A DNA stretch of 64,000 nucleotides from Lama glama (lineage: Eukaryota): contig CM052817.1 of assembly GCA_028534125.1 (NCBI GenBank), forward strand, positions 69,876,001-69,940,000, read 5' to 3'. Under the pieces are notes generated by a model. It worked only from the letters and a program-made list of their open reading frames with translations. It searched no databases and was not told where the DNA came from. Positions 62,900 through 64,000 of this stretch are shown here, in pieces (position 1 is the first letter of the stretch; each line of letters begins with the position of its first letter). Both the position numbers and the translations under genes were made by a program.

Positions 62900-63450
62900 A
62901 TGCGCTAAATGCCCCGCCCCGCCCCCGCCGCCGCGCCCCGCCCCGCCCCGCCGCCGCCGCGGAGACCGGGCCTGCGCCAGCCCATGAGGGCCTGGACGCC
63001 GCGCTCCGTCGTTCGAACGTCGTCCCTGCGGCCTCCGCCAATGGGGAAGGCGGGCCGCAAGTCTCCGCCCCGCCGTCGAGGACGTCACGGCGACGCCGCG
63101 ACCGCGCGAGGCGGCAGGGCAGCCAGGGCCTCCGCCCCCAGAGGTCGGTTTGCAGCTCTTGCGCGCTGTTGCCTTCTCCGCCAGGTTTAGTCCCTCTTGT
63201 CGCCATCGCCCCGTGCACCATGGCTTTCGTAACCAGGCAGTTCGTGCGCTCCCTGTCTTCCTCGTCCACCGCCGCGGCCTCGGCGAAGAAAATAATTATC
63301 AAGCACGTGACGGTCATCGGCGGCGGGCTGATGGGCGCCGGCATCGCCCAGGTGGGCCGCCGGGCGGGCAGCGCGCCTCGCTCGCTTTGCTGCCCACCCT
63401 GACATGAGAGCGCTGGAGGGCCGCGACCCGGTGAGGGGTGTCCCGCCGGG
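62900..63450 (+). promoter_or_regulatory. HADH: HADH CpG island promoter
   Basis: Dense CpG; tandem GC boxes (CCCCGCCCC) at 62912-62950; CCAAT near 63038; CRE-like GACGTCA at 63081. Confidence 0.88.
63220..63351 (+). CDS. HADH: Mitochondrial short-chain 3-hydroxyacyl-CoA dehydrogenase, coding exon 1 (gene continues beyond window)
   Basis: Kozak acc[48 protein letters not shown] = transit peptide plus Rossmann GxGxxG; donor CAG|gtgggc; 132 nt. Confidence 0.97.
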
Positions 63451-64000
63451 AGGCCAGCGTCCAGGGGAGGCCAGGGGAATTTCCACTCCGTCCCTCCCCC
63501 GTGTAGTTGAAATTTCTGGGCCTGTGAGTCTACACACCCCCAAAGATCTGGTGTTCTTGGGCCGAGCTTCAGTTTTCTGCGATTGGTTTTAACTGTATCA
63601 GTTTGCTGTTGTTTTTTATAGTTCTGCAGTTGTTCTCAGCAGTTTTCTACTGTCCTAAGTGGTCTCTCCCTTCTCCGAATGTTTCCTTTACTTGCAGGGT
63701 TACAAAGAATAGTATTGATGGTCGGCACTTTTGTAGCTTTTTGTAGAGTTATCTAATCGGAGCTCGTGAGGCCCTGAGACTCCACTAGCTGCAACGCGAG
63801 GCGTCTTTGACCTACTGCCCTCTGGCTCTGGGGGGAGTCGCTGATCTCATGGTGCGTCTTAAAGGCTCTGCCTGGTTGCAGTAGAGCAGTGATTCAGGGT
63901 CAGTTGTGCAGTTATTATCAAGCTACTGTGATAGTTGTATTTTTATTTATTTTTTTTGAGGTTACATTCCAGCTCGTATTGGGGAACCGTGATTGGCATA

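Noticed and set aside
62844..63592. Overlapping ORFs around HADH exon 1, including a TTG-initiated in-frame extension at 63169
   Set aside because: Expected in a CpG island with few stop codons; the ATG at 63220 has strong Kozak context and starts the transit peptide.

Overview
Mammalian genomic DNA, most likely camelid (camel/alpaca/llama), judged from tRNA-derived SINEs resembling the camelid Vic-1 family. It carries the conserved block SGMS2 - CYP2U1 - HADH, all on the + strand. SGMS2: 5 coding exons (5416-21044) that splice to a 365-aa sphingomyelin synthase 2. CYP2U1: 5 exons (37215-55361) that splice to a 544-aa P450, with a GC-AG third intron. HADH: coding exon 1 only (63220-63351). 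Between CYP2U1 and HADH is a disabled, intronless minus-strand retrocopy of RCSD1 (CapZIP). It contains a nested ~48-bp polyadenylated insert with target-site duplications, keeps a CpG-rich 5' end facing away from the HADH promoter, and may be a twin-priming inversion. The rest is L1, L2, MIR, MaLR LTR, Tigger/Charlie and SINE repeats, microsatellites and a 500-N gap. I found no novel multi-gene system; the notable signals are retrotransposition events and regulatory details. Gene and repeat names come from recalled homology, not from database searches.
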